Shown here: one piece after another, positions 1-12,420 of the stretch
Numbering within the stretch: the stretch's first letter is position 1
Layout of the letters: each line of letters begins with the position of its first letter
Source of the DNA: Lingula anatina
Taxonomy: Eukaryota; Animalia; Brachiopoda
Direction: 5' to 3'
Assembly (NCBI GenBank): GCA_051362555.1
Contig: CM120642.1
Span: 22,878,001-22,942,000 of the forward strand
DNA: 64,000 bases
The notes under the pieces: generated by a model
Databases searched by the model: none
What the model saw: only the letters and a program-made list of their open reading frames with translations
Told to the model about the DNA's origin: nothing
Translations under genes and position numbers: made by a program

Positions 1-360
1 AACATTGTATATTTCATTAAATGCCATCGGTTTATCGTCAATGCATATGACGTTCAAACAATTATTTAGATGTATTCAAAAAAAGAACTCTTCTGAATTA
101 TGTAACTGTAAGGTTCTTACTTTTTTGATATTTTAGTATTTCCCATACAATAGCATTCAAAACATATGTCATTTTTATCCAAACCGACGTTTGTCCCGTG
201 CCTCATAGTTGAAGAGAGAGAGGGTGAACTGAACGGTATGATCTCAGAACGAATTGATAAGTTCAACGGTTTGTGTGCATGGTGTTTGTAAGTGTGTTAG
301 TCCTCAGGCGTCTTTTGATTACAAACTGTAAGGAATAGTTTGATATTATTTAAGTCGTAC

Positions 361-532
361 CTGTATGGAGCCAGCCGTCTTTGATAGTATTAGCTGTAGC
401 TTCTGGGTTGTCGTGATAGCCTAACATAACTTGTGGCCCCCGTACCAGCAGCTCTCCCTCTTCCATAGGCCCCAGATCTGCGCCGTTTTCTAAGTCTATT
501 ACCTACAGTGAATGCATGTTACAGGCATTAAC

Positions 533-622
<90 letters not shown>

Positions 623-3556
623 GTGCGCGCGCGCGCACACACACACACAAACACCCCCCCCCCACACACACACACACTTATCATATGCGTTTACAAGATT
701 TTACCTTGAACTCTGTGTTTGGCAGGGCAAACCCTATAGAACCTAATTTATAACCAACTGGAGGATTGCAGTGTGTCACAGGGCTAGTTTCTGTCAACCC
801 GTAGGCTAGGAAAAAAAGATGAAGAGTCATGATTTATCCATTGATACGTCACGTAAAAACACATCTTCAGAAACAACAAAAATCATTTTAGTATACGGGG
901 AGAGGAACTTCTACTTAATTATAAAAAAGATTATCCTTCATCTACATGTAAGTCTAAAACTAAACTTGCCATGCTTGATTTATGCCACATCCTATTTAGG
1001 TGTGTGTGTGTGAGAGTGTGAGTGAGTGTGAGTGCGTGCGTGCGTGCGTGTGCGTCCGCGCGTGTGTCCGCGTGTGTGCAACGTGTGTGCTACGAGTGTG
1101 CAACTTTCAAGTATTTAACAATCAGCCACCAACAGTTCAAATACATGCATATTAAATAGCACAAACCATCGTTTATTAAGTCAGTCCCACCTTGCTAAAA
1201 ACGTTTACTAAGTCAATCCCATCTTGTTAGAATCGATTACTAAATTAACCCACCTTGTTGAAAACGATTCAATTTCAGTCTTTCCACACACTGTGAGGCA
1301 ATGGCCTCAGTGCAGGGGGCCGCTCCCGTGACCAGATTCCTGACAGACGACAGGTCATAATTGTCCACCAGAGGGCTCTTTGCCAAGGCGATAATGATAG
1401 GAGGCACCGCGTGTAGAATGGTGGCCTAGAAATCAATCAAGAAACTCGTTTCTGAAAATAATATATTATTTCTAGATGACACACTCTTACCGTGTGCATA
1501 AATCTATATCAAAACCCCACGAATTGTAACAGATCTACGTTTATGCAGGGTCATAATAGATTTGAGAATAGCAAACAGAGTAATTAAAAAAAAAACTCAT
1601 TAAAACTCGAAGGACAACTGGATATAAACTTCAACATCGGCTCATATGTGGAGTGGAAATAAGATATATAATAAAACATTTCCAGCATCGATACCACTAT
1701 TGCTTAATAAAGGGAGTAGCACCAAATCAGTATGTCCATTTTACAAGCTACGAGTCCGTCTAAGAAGAAATTTCGCGCCACATCCATTTTGAACAAATTT
1801 AAGCTTATTTTTCGGTGTAAGTTGTTCGCTTAATTATTACTAGGTACTTAAGTTTACAATAAAGCGCAGTTCTTGAATTTCCGCGAAGGTTGCGAAACTT
1901 AAAATTTTATGAACGCGGCGTCATCTCAGGGCACACTTTCTGTCCAGAATATCTCCCTACACGCAGCCGGTAGTCCTAAGACTGACGATGAATCAAAAGC
2001 TTATAAATATTGCCAACTGATCTCATATAAGCCAAAAGCTTTTCACAAGAGTTTAAGAACACCGCATGCATTCTGAAAATCATTTAACATTGCTTTGACC
2101 ATAGTAATGTCGCGAGCAGTATGTGCCGTGAATGTACGTTCCTAGCAGGGGCGGATTTAGGCCGTCTTCTGGGTCTTCCGGAAGACGGTCAGATTTTCAA
2201 GTTTACATTGACGGGTATCTGTTTTTTTCTGTCGGAAGACGGTCAGAAATGGAGGATGGATCAACAAAGATAATTTGGAAGACTGTCAGAAAATGTCTCT
2301 GGATCCGCCCCTGCTAGGTTGGCAAAGAATGTATGAAGCGGACTTCCGCATCTTGTATACGACATTTTTCTAAGAGTCATTGCTATCACTAGAAATTCCT
2401 AGTGATATTCTTCATAACTTGACTTGTTAACCAAATAAATTATGCTCTCACCCTATGATTCTGAATGGTTTCAAGGTAGTATTCCAGCTGGAACTTCGGC
2501 AAAGTAACAATCTTGCTTCCTGTCTTAAGTCCTGTGAGCATGACCACAACTTGACCATAGATATGGAAAAATGGCAACAGACCGGTCAACACCTCCTCCG
2601 GACCCTCATAGTTCATCACATTCTCGTTACTGAAAGCAAACGTCAAACATACTTATGACAAGTAATTACTTCCGCGTATTTTAAATAAACACACTAATTC
2701 TGTAGTAGAATATTTACAGGGAATCACCTTAGCTGGATTCATTTGGTGCATCACGTGTGTGTGTGTGTACGTGCGTGTGCAGTATGCGCATGCATATGAA
2801 TACAAAGACGGGTGCATCTTACAAAACATTACCTAGGCAGTGCCACCAAATTTTACCAGCATAAATTTAAATACAAACTTCATCCAAAAGTCAACATGAA
2901 CTAAAATTAAGAAATGGTGAAGATACAATATGTGTTTGGCTATTATATGTTCTCTTTTACAAACATGTTTTTCTCTACTGCCACAGGTTTATAGTTGTAT
3001 CTTTTCGGTGTACCTTCACTCACTTTAACTGGGCTATGTTAGATGTGATGTTGTAATGAGAAAGCATCACTCCTTTAGGTAAACCCGTCGTCCCACTAGA
3101 GTAAGGCTGGGCTAGTACGTCCTCTTTGGTATTGATGTCAACGTTCTCCGGGAAAGCGTGGCCGTCATCTTCAAGAATGGAAGTAAATGGACGAAACCCC
3201 GACACGTTACCGAAGACTATAGTTTCTTTGACATTCGGCGCCATGGCAAGGGCATCCCTTGCGTGTCCAGCCACCATTTCGTGAGTTACTAAAATCTTGG
3301 TATTTGAGCGCTTCAGTTGATTACCAAGCTCCTCTACAATACAATGATAAATTACCCAGTTACGTATACTTCTGAGCGAGAAGCAAGTTACTCAAAAATT
3401 TAAACTAAAAGAGAAATAACATTAATCCTCATGAAAACAATTTTTTTCAAAACGTATATGATACATTCTTACATTTGCTTTCCAGGGAAATTTCTTAGTT
3501 GTGTATTAAAGCATTTGCACAGGAGGGTTTTTCTATCAGATAACATTGTAATCAAA

Positions 3557-3609
<53 letters not shown>

Positions 3610-4933
3610 AAGGGGCAGGAAAGAGAGGATATTACGCAAATCTACCTGGTGTGTACATAGGATTAGCACACGTCACTGTTCCTCCTAGAGCAGCCGTAGC
3701 GATGAATACCGTGGCATAGTCTGGCACATTGGGGCTGTACAGCGCTAACGTGTCCCCCTTCTTGAACCCAAGCCGAGCCAATGCGCTTGCACAGCGAATC
3801 ACGGCGTCTTTTAGCTGCGAGTAAGTGTAACTCTGTCCCGTGGTCCCATCAACCTTGACAAATAATAATTTACTATGTAGTAATTTCTCATGGCATCTAA
3901 CTGGAATATAGTGGATGGCATATTTTTCAAAATCCTGTTTGGTCCCTTTTGCTCTTTCAATTTTGTGCGATGTTTTTAAAACACGCTCAATACCACTTAA
4001 ATACATGTACAACCTTTGTAAAAGCAGAAACTATCCATCCAGTCGATGATAGACAGACTAGTTGGCAATATAAAGACAAGGATCACGAGAGAGAGTGCAA
4101 GCGTGAGCGATCACGTTTTATCAACGGAGTTTTGACTTTGCAAGTGATAACAAAAAGGCTTTCATACATCTGGGGCAAGTAAATATTCGTGGTGATCGTA
4201 TGAACGGTATATACCAGTAGATAGTTAATTTGGACTGTTGCCCTGTGAGATGTTATAAACCAGGCCCCAGTTTCACAAAAACTTAAGTCGGTTTTAAAGT
4301 AGCTAACATCTTTCTTGCCAACGTTATATGGTCACATGCACACAGTTGGTATGAGCAGCAAGTAGAAGATCGTGAAAAGCAGAATTTGTGTAACCGGGGA
4401 CAAGTTTATTTTAACTGAATACCAGCAATTCCACAAGCAACGGAATATCAGCAATTCCACAAGCAACTTATATGTACCAACCAGTTCAAAATGTGACTGA
4501 TGTTTACTGCCGGTACATTTAGAAGGCAGTCAGAAGAAAAACGAGTCTGTTTTGTGTACGTTGAGGAGCATAGATTCAATTGCTTGGTCAAGCCAGTGTA
4601 CCGCGACCATTAATTTTAATTTTAAAAAACATTTTGTATTACACTAGTGCATACCAGCGCCATGTGGTTTCCGAACTTAGCCCAGTCCTTCATCACATCT
4701 TCAGCCAGGGGTTTGGTGGTAAGGTCTATATCTGGGTACGGACTTTTCACGATAGTGCTTGACCTTACTGGGGGCGTTGACCCGAAGCTTCGTATCCATT
4801 GCGTGGAGTACACGGTGTGTTTCTGCTGACTAAACCCACCTGTCAGCCTGGCTGCACCATGGCTTAACCACCGAGGCGGGTGACTCCAGGAACTTTGGTG
4901 TAAAACCCACCTCAACACCGCGTGCCTCCCCAT
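361..4933 (-). CDS. 4-coumarate-CoA ligase-like / firefly-luciferase-like acyl-CoA synthetase (ANL superfamily), 3' exons beyond left edge. Exons 4655-4933, 3646-3853, 3024-3333, 2452-2629, 1254-1425, 705-805, 361-502
   Basis: Seven GT-AG exons join with consistent phases. Motifs: [12 protein letters not shown] (AMP-binding P-loop), [44 protein letters not shown]. Confidence 0.92.
536..677. repeat. Compound microsatellite (CT)n(CA)n(CG)n(CA)n in an intron
   Basis: Direct reading. Confidence 0.95.
999..1090. repeat. Imperfect GT/GAGT/GCGT microsatellite
   Basis: Direct reading. Confidence 0.85.
1169..1270 (-). repeat. Three ~31-bp tandem copies spanning the exon-5 splice donor of the acyl-CoA synthetase
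   Basis: Minus strand: CGTTTTCAACAAG|GTGGGT, CGATTCTAACAAG ATGGGA, CGTTTTTAGCAAG GTGGGA. Confidence 0.8.
2146..2313. mobile_element. MITE / non-autonomous DNA transposon
   Basis: TIRs CAGGGGCGGAT...ATCCGCCCCTG, CTAG on both flanks, three internal GGAAGAC(G/T)GTCAGA repeats. Confidence 0.85.
3558..3610. repeat. (GT)n(GA)n microsatellite
   Basis: Direct reading. Confidence 0.95.
4263..4401. mobile_element. Small degenerate MITE with PIF/Harbinger-like ends
   Basis: Imperfect TIRs GGCCCCAGTTTCACAAA ... TTTGTGTAACCGGGGAC. Confidence 0.55.
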
Positions 4934-6677
4934 CGCCTCAAATACACACACGGACTTGGGAATGTGGTCGGAAAGTTTGCTTTGTTATCAACTACTACAT
5001 GTACAGGTGACCCAGTTTTCCAATTCTTAGATAACCTGGATACTGCTACGGGCCTAGATCTACTTGTGCCCACTGCCTGCAATGATTAACCGAACACGTC
5101 CACGCTGAAAACAGCAGTTAATATATGACTCTTGTCATTTTGAAAATGTCATCACAGATATTCTCCGTACATATAACAGGTGAATCATCCGTCCCCTTTC
5201 CCTTTACCTTGCACAGGTAAAATATTGGCCGGGCTGATAAGTATGTCCTAACTAGCTTCACACACTTCACACTGTACACATAATGTAATGCATGGTGCGC
5301 TCATATCAACTTTATTTTCGATCGATATGTATCAGGGACAATAAAGCCACCCTTGCCTACACTGAGATGAATTAAGGCCTGAATTTCTAATATGCACCGC
5401 CTTCTAACTTGGGGGTGAATTGTACATCTTCCCCAAGATGAAAATAGTCGTTTGTGAGCATGTGCGTTTGTGAGCTTGTGGTAAATTTTGTTTACGGCGA
5501 TATAATAGAGACCACAATTCTAGATAATTTCGAGTCAAAATATTTTTAGATAGATGATAGACGCTAGACCCAGAATGAACAAATTTGATTTTCATAAGGA
5601 TCGTGTTTATGTGTAAAAAAACCCAGAAGTTTTGAAAATATTAACTTTTGTGATAGAGGGTACCTGAATGCTTCAAAGTAAAGAGATTGATTACTAACCT
5701 CATAGGACTCAGTTTAGAAATTCCTAGCTATAGGACAATGAATGTTTATAGACATGTGTCAAAACACAGTTGCTTTCATGTGATTCTGAAAAGGTTTGTC
5801 AATTTCCAGTACTAAGCACCAGCGACCAATAAACAAGATAGCTTGTAAAATATTTGTTTGATTTATTGTATTGAATACTTTATTTTTTTTTAATTTCGGG
5901 TGTAACTTCATTTTAAGACCCGGGCTATGGATAGCCAATATCGTGCACGTACATTATACGATATAAAATCCCGGTTCCATCGTTTCGTTGTTGTATTATT
6001 GCATTATATATTTCGCAAGTCCATGCTCTATTGAGTAATTTTATTTTTAAACATTTTCCTATATTGGTGTGCCAGTTTGATTTACTATTGAAATGGACTA
6101 CTTAAAGTTTTAATTTTTCATCATTAGAGATCTCAGTTCCTTTGCTCAGTGTGGATGATTTTTTTAAAATTTTTCCTGACACCAATTCTTTAATTTTACC
6201 AGCATTTAAGATTTTGCACTATTTTGCGATCGGCGCATCTATGTAACTGAACATACTATAGATAGTTGACCTATGCAGCTGAGAGATCAATATTTTCCTA
6301 AAGAAAGTTTGGTTTTAATTTAATCTGTTTGTTAAAGGTACGCTAATTTCAGGGGGTATTTCTACAGATAACAAAACCTGGTGTTACAAGTTGGCCTATT
6401 AGTATACATAAGTAACATATGTAAGCATCTACCCTGTAGGTATGAACTTTCAAGTGAAAAATATCGGCTAAAGGGTGCTCCAGAGACGAATGCTTACCCA
6501 GCAAATCTGTCTTTGAGGTTGTTAAAAGGCATGCTATAATAAAAGCCGTTGAGTATGACCAAAATATGGACAGCATCCCTGTTATATGTAGACAATCAAG
6601 TAATAGCAACGTTGAATGCAGCGTACTGTTTTTTTACATGGACAAATTAATATTTTCTCAGTTGATACCAGTGTATA

Positions 6678-6897
6678 CACTGAGAATAAAATCGGAGTCC
6701 AAGTGACTCCAAACTTGGAGTCCAGCAGTGGTGCCTAAATTAACTCCCAATTGGAGTCAAGTTGACTCCCATGGAAAAATGCCACCCCAGACCCCACAGG
6801 AGGGTCACAATTGACTCCATTCACATATCCCTTCATCCCTTGATTTATCTCTACAAAAGAGTCACCATGACCCCATATTAAGGAATTTTTGACTCCT
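6678..6897 (+). mobile_element. Terminal fragment of a CMC/EnSpm-like DNA transposon
   Basis: Starts with CACTG, followed by repeated subterminal palindromes of the GGAGTC-n-GACTCC type. Confidence 0.5.
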
Positions 6898-6972
6898 TGG
6901 CACATCATGAACAAAAACAACAACAATAGCGGCAATGGGAGAGACATCAAGTACATTTCATTTCAGATTGTT

Positions 6973-7018
6973 GTGTCCCCGGACGGGCCCGAACCCACGA
7001 CCGCCCGCTCCAGTGATT
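6973..7018 (-). mobile_element. Fragment of a tRNA-derived SINE head
   Basis: Minus strand GGTCGTGGGTTCGGGCCCGTCC resembles a T-arm/B-box. No complete cloverleaf. Confidence 0.45.
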
Positions 7019-7212
7019 TAATTCAATTCATTTATTTCTAACACGGGAGTGATTAAAAAAAGTCCGCCTAAGTTTTGTTTTGATATTTTACAAATAGGGA
7101 ATAATGGCGCTCATGAAAAAATTCTGAGAGCTATTCGAATCAAAAAACAAAAAAGAGGTTAAAACAAGTTTTATATTATCTATCACTCTTCAACTACGAC
7201 TGATTTAGAAAA

Positions 7213-7514
7213 GAGAGTCCCATTGGAGTGGTAGAGATCACAGTTCACAGGAAATAAAATCGTCAATTCACAAATCACAGTAAATAATACTTTAATTCTC
7301 GCTGAAAATGCCCGTCAAAAATCCTGAAAAATCATGAATCACTGGGTATAATGACTTCGTTTCACGAAGGATGGAGAATAAAAAGACGCATAAATATTTT
7401 AGAGTCACGGGAATTTGGTGCTTCACGAATTATGTTAAATAAAATGAACGTTTCACTCATTTCGGGGAATAAAAAGAGGCTCTTATGAGTAACGAAAATA
7501 CCAGTGGCTCCCTC
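7213..7514 (+). mobile_element. Dispersed TCACG-rich repeat, copy 1 (probable non-autonomous DNA transposon)
   Basis: Aligns by eye with 11140-11392 (GGGTATAATG.CTTCGTTTCACGAAGG..GGAGAATAAA; GGTGCTTCACGAAT; ATGAACGTTTCAC). Rough GAG...CTC inverted ends. Confidence 0.7.
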
Positions 7515-7699
7515 AGAATGCGAGAAGAAACTGTCTAGTCAAACGTTTATATATCCTGTTAACCAAATTCCAATGAAGATCCAAATTCCAATGATGATCA
7601 AGTATAATATAGAGTCAATAGAAGAATACCCCTTTATTCCAATAGGTGCAAAGTTTTTGCATGGAAACGATCGCGATAAATGTTGCAAAAAAAAAAAAA

Positions 7700-7880
7700 A
7701 ATTGTCAATTGCAAAAGATGGAGAAGGAAGCATGACGGAAGGAAAGCTTGACCTGAACATTAATTGTTGTTTTGGTTACATAAAATGCTTCAATATCACA
7801 GTAGATACAAAGATGCGGTGGTTTCAGAGTGCAATAGTGCTACACATAAATCTACCTGTGAATGTGTATATGGAAAGACA
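7700..7880 (+). mobile_element. Decayed L1/Tx1-type LINE ORF2 C-terminal fragment
   Basis: YIKCFNITVDTKMRWFQSAIVLHINLPVNVYM resembles the post-RT zinc-binding region (T-x-D-T-K-L-x-W-F-Q-Y-R-I-x-H-R-I-L-P-T-N) of Tx1/L1 elements. Confidence 0.6.
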
Positions 7881-10800
7881 CAGCACAAAAACAAATCTTT
7901 CCGATTTTTCAGCCTCCGCGGAATGACGTCGGAACAGTGCAAGCTGGCCTTTACAACGCGCGACTGAATGACGTTTTTCCGCGCAGGAGTACCCCTTTCT
8001 CTTTTACACGGCCTTTCAACAGGCGTAATCTCGTTCGTCTTTCTTCGTGACTGAACAACGTTTTTCCGCAGGGGTCCTGCCTTAGTATTATGTGACGGTC
8101 GTTATTGGATTTTGACTGACATTTAAGAACATGAGATTCCAATAGAACTGAAAGATTTATATTGTTAATTCTTTTGAAAATTTCATTTTATTATCTTAGG
8201 TGCGCTACATGTATATACTGTCGAAAGGCGTGATCATCCCGATTATAAGAACATCTCTCCTGAGGAAACTTCCCCCGAGGGCTTATCATATTTTGTTATT
8301 CATCATTTCTCTTTGCTGATTTATCCCTAAAAGTTGTATTTGATCTATCAAATCCAGTCCAATTCACAGTCGTCTCAAAAAACATTTTAAATTAATACAG
8401 ATTGCTTGGAAGCGATATCAAAGTCTATATTTAAAGCATGGTCATTATTTCCATAAAATTGCAATGAATTATAATGAATAAGACTTGGTCAAAGGCCATG
8501 CTGTTTGATTATTAAAAGTTTGGCCGCGGCCTTGAATAATGCAACTCTGGTTGCAGCAAATGCAAGTCAATTAGCGGACACATAACTGACTAGCATTTAA
8601 CTTGTCGCTTGTACTATAGAAATTGTTAATCACACTTGCACTTACAATCTGGGTTTTATAGGATACGTTTTAAGGTGTCTGCGGAGTAAAAATCATTTCA
8701 CTGAAATCATAATACACAGTCAGTGTATTTTTAATTTTTATTTTTTCAATTAATAAGGTGTATTAATAAAGATTCCTTTGACGATCGCGATTTAGACAGC
8801 GGCAGTTTATATAGATCTTAAGTCTATTACACTGATGGACAAGATGTAGTGCTTATGCATTGAATCAGCGTGTGTAGTGGTGCAACCAATCTTTAATTAA
8901 TAAGGGAAGAACCAGCGGGTGACCGTTAAACGTTCTAATATTTAATCAACACTGAGCGGAGAACAAACAAAAAAGGATAAAGATGTGTCACTCTATGCGC
9001 TGGTGGCCGGGGAAGTTTTAACAAAGCCCGACTTACAACAATGTACTTCACGGTCACCTTCAATATTTCATCCAGCTAAAAGACGAAAACGAAAAAACTG
9101 TAATACCAATGTTGACTGGAGATGAATGAGAACATTTTTTTTTTATTTGTTGAATAAGTATTGCCCCACAACTGATCCTAGTACATCCCGCGATAAGATT
9201 TCGCTCAATAGACCGTGTCTAGAACCATTAGTAAACCATTAATTCTAAACTAGCTGTCATAAAAAAACTTGCTTGAAAAACTGAATAACTATAAGACCAT
9301 TGTTATTTTGCAAGGTTAAGCAGCGATAAATATGTTGATATATAGCAAACATTATTAGTATGATGTGCCGTAATACGTATATAACAGGAGTACTTTTCTA
9401 TTGATGATGATATCTTGCTCACAGTGGGTGACGAAGAGAAGGGGTTGGTTAAACCACGTAAGTGAAGAATCACTGCACATTAAACGTGCATCGTGTGTCA
9501 CTTTTACACGGTTTCTGATAATGAAAATGTATCATATCGCAATATACTGATTTCTTCATAGAAATTCATTTTTCACATGAAAATAAGTAAATCGCCGCAA
9601 GTCAAAAACGGCTATTTTGTTTATAAGTTCTGGGCTTTGACAGAGAAGGACAGGCCTGCTTTAGATGACAGCCGGATTCGGTTGTATTTGTATGGGGATT
9701 GCTACCAGTAATAAACACAGTTTTCACATGCAGTACCATTGAAACAAGATGGTCGAAAGATGACTCATGAGCTGAGGTCAGTATAACAAGCAGCATGGTG
9801 GCCAATAAGCTACTTAATCTTTTATGTAACCTCTCTCCAACCGCGGTGATGAAGGCTTAAACCAAGTGTTTTGGTTTCTCACTTCTTTGTTTAAGCACAG
9901 TCCCCCCCTTTTTTTCAGGACTCTGCAGCTGATGAAGGTCACTTGTTGACCGAAAAGCGCTTTCTGCAACCAGTCCAACCCCCCCCCCCCCCCCTTTTTT
10001 TCGTTTCCCCCGCCGCACTGTGCGTATCTCGTACAGTCGGCCCTTCAGATCAAACACATACAGAGGCGAGACACCTCTCTCACATCATACCGAAGTGAAA
10101 CAACAGCCGATAATATTAAATACGACAATAAATAGTTTTCTAACATAATTCGAATCAGAATTATAAGACGGACACGTTCTATCACCGTTGTCATCTCTTC
10201 ACAAACACGTGATAACGCATCTAAGGGACTTTTATACTTCAATCTAAACTCTAACGTCCCAAAAGCAATCTCAAAGCTTTTAATCGGGGCGCTGTCAAAA
10301 CACACGTCCCCAGGGCCCAGTCCTGCATCGTGTTATTTTGATAAGAGTTAGTTTAACTAAGACATGAGCCGACCACCCCCAAACAACGAATATTAAATCG
10401 CAACTACAAAGGGGAGGATGTGGTGTGGTGTGAAGAAAGCCACGGAGACAGAGAACATAGTAAATGTACAGGAAAAACGAGAGGATGAAGACAGTAAGTG
10501 GTTTTATTCCTTTTGTTATTTTCATAATATTAATTTATTTTCATTTTTGATAATTGATTCTCAATGTGTGTTGATAAATTACCAAGTCTTTGATTTTCAT
10601 TACATTCTCCATGTTGTAGTGGTACATGCATTCTTGTAATTCTCAATCCTGATACTTTCTCTGATTTTTTTTAGTCAGATATGCTGTTCCCTTTACCCAG
10701 TTATGTTTAATACGTTATTATACATTATATTTTGATATCATTTCGTTTTATCTTCACAGAGACCGTTAAGAAGGACACCGCACTGGAAAAAAGGAAAGGG

Positions 10801-11139
10801 CGATAGCAGCACTGAACAAGGGGAAGGTGTTGAAAGGGGCAACGGCAGAAATATCTGACGCGGGGGTCTGCCAGGCTAAAGAAGTGCTGAAATTGATGTG
10901 TGGAAAATAATTTACACGCAAGGACGATTTGAGTCCACAGTTGTAGATTAGATAATATCACGGTATTCTACATGAAAAATGTTAATATATCTCCTTTACG
11001 GTGATTGATTTTTACTTACTGTTTTTATATATATTGTTATTACAATGAGATCAGTACTTCTTATATTTGAACATATATTTGTATATTATTTTGCTGTGAT
11101 CCCAAGTAAACTGATATGTTTTAATTCAGGCCCAATCTT

Positions 11140-11392
11140 GAAAGTCCAATTGGGGAGGGTAATGACCACAGTACGCGGGAAGCTATATCATCAATACACA
11201 AATCACAGTGTATTATTATCTCACTGATAGTAGGCATTTTAAAAATATCCTGAAAATCACGTATCACCGGGTATAATGTCTTCGTTTCACGAAGGGCGGA
11301 GAATAAACAATTGCATTCACAAGTCGCGTGAATGGGGTGCTTCACGAATCACGCTAAATAAGATGAACGTTTCACACACCTCAAGAAATAAA
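11140..11392 (+). mobile_element. Dispersed TCACG-rich repeat, copy 2 (truncated)
   Basis: Homologous to 7213-7514. Confidence 0.7.
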
Positions 11393-12225
11393 TAGCTGTA
11401 TTTTCTATAAATTTATTATGAAAGTACATTTTTCTCTTAGAATTTGAGCAGCATTTATTTGATTTTAATTAAATACTTTAAGTTAGTCGGATATTTCAGG
11501 TACATGTTATGTTGCGTTTCTCTTGTTTTTAATTTTCCCATATTTTTGATGTTATTTTATTTCTTTAGCCTACGCATTTTGTAGAGGTTTTGGTGACAAT
11601 ATTTCATCTTTCCCTGGAAGCTAGGCTTCATCGCCTTACTTAATGTGAACAAAAATACCTAATGAGTGTAATTTTTAAAACGGGGTTGGGCAATTAGGGC
11701 ACACATAATTGGCATGTTATTTAACGAGCGGCCACTCTCTGCAAATACATTAAGTCGATGGATAAGCAGTAGTCGTTTTCGTTTTCATCATATGTTTACC
11801 AGATGTCAGATAAATAATGGAAAAAGCCTGACTACTTATGAATCTGTGACATTCCTATAATTGTACTTTTGGTTAGATTTTGTTCTGGAAAGTCGTATTT
11901 AAATGTGGTTCGTATTTATTTGCGTAGTTATTTTACTAGGTAAATTTTTAATGGTATTCGCTATTGTTTAGGGTGTGCGTATAATGAGTGTACAAAATAA
12001 TACATTAATAAGTGTAAGATTACTTTCCACTTGTGAAATATAGTAGCTGTATTGCGCTTTATAAACATAATTCCCACTGCATTGTAATGGTTATTGTTGT
12101 TTTTTTGCAATAAATTACTATAATTGAAAATTCACAAGCCTTCCTCTCATTAAATGAAATGCTACATGAATTTGAAACATTATCAGTGCTATAAGTAATT
12201 GAAATAACTAAAAACTATTTGATTA

Positions 12226-12420
12226 GAAAAGGGTAGTAAAGACTTACCTAAAATCGCCTTTATTTGATCGGAAAAGGGTTATAATGACGTACCTCATATC
12301 GCATTTACTTCATCGGAAAAGGGTTATAAAGACGTGTAAAAAATCGCCTATATTTGATCGGAAAGGGGTTGTAAAGAGGTTGTTTTCAGACGCCTATACT
12401 TGATCGGAAAGACGTAGTAA
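12226..12420. repeat. Minisatellite, about four degenerate 45-bp units
   Basis: Recurring ATCGCCT.TATTTGATCGGAAAAGGGTT.TAAAGACGT at ~45-bp period. Confidence 0.85.

Noticed and set aside
499-709. Short ORFs with [12 protein letters not shown] runs (also 3431-3688, 15977-16225, 38493-38708)
   Set aside because: Microsatellite translation artefacts
361-4933. Calling the ANL enzyme a true luciferase
   Set aside because: The motifs are shared by non-luminous acyl-CoA synthetases, so activity cannot be inferred from sequence
6973-7018. Possible tRNA gene
   Set aside because: Only a T-arm/B-box-like part, with no acceptor stem or D-arm
7504-7926. 140-aa ORF as a host gene
   Set aside because: GTG start, poly-A-derived Lys run, and a C-terminal part resembling a LINE remnant
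12226-12420. CRISPR-like periodicity
   Set aside because: Units are similar along their whole length with no unique spacers, there are no cas genes, and the context is eukaryotic
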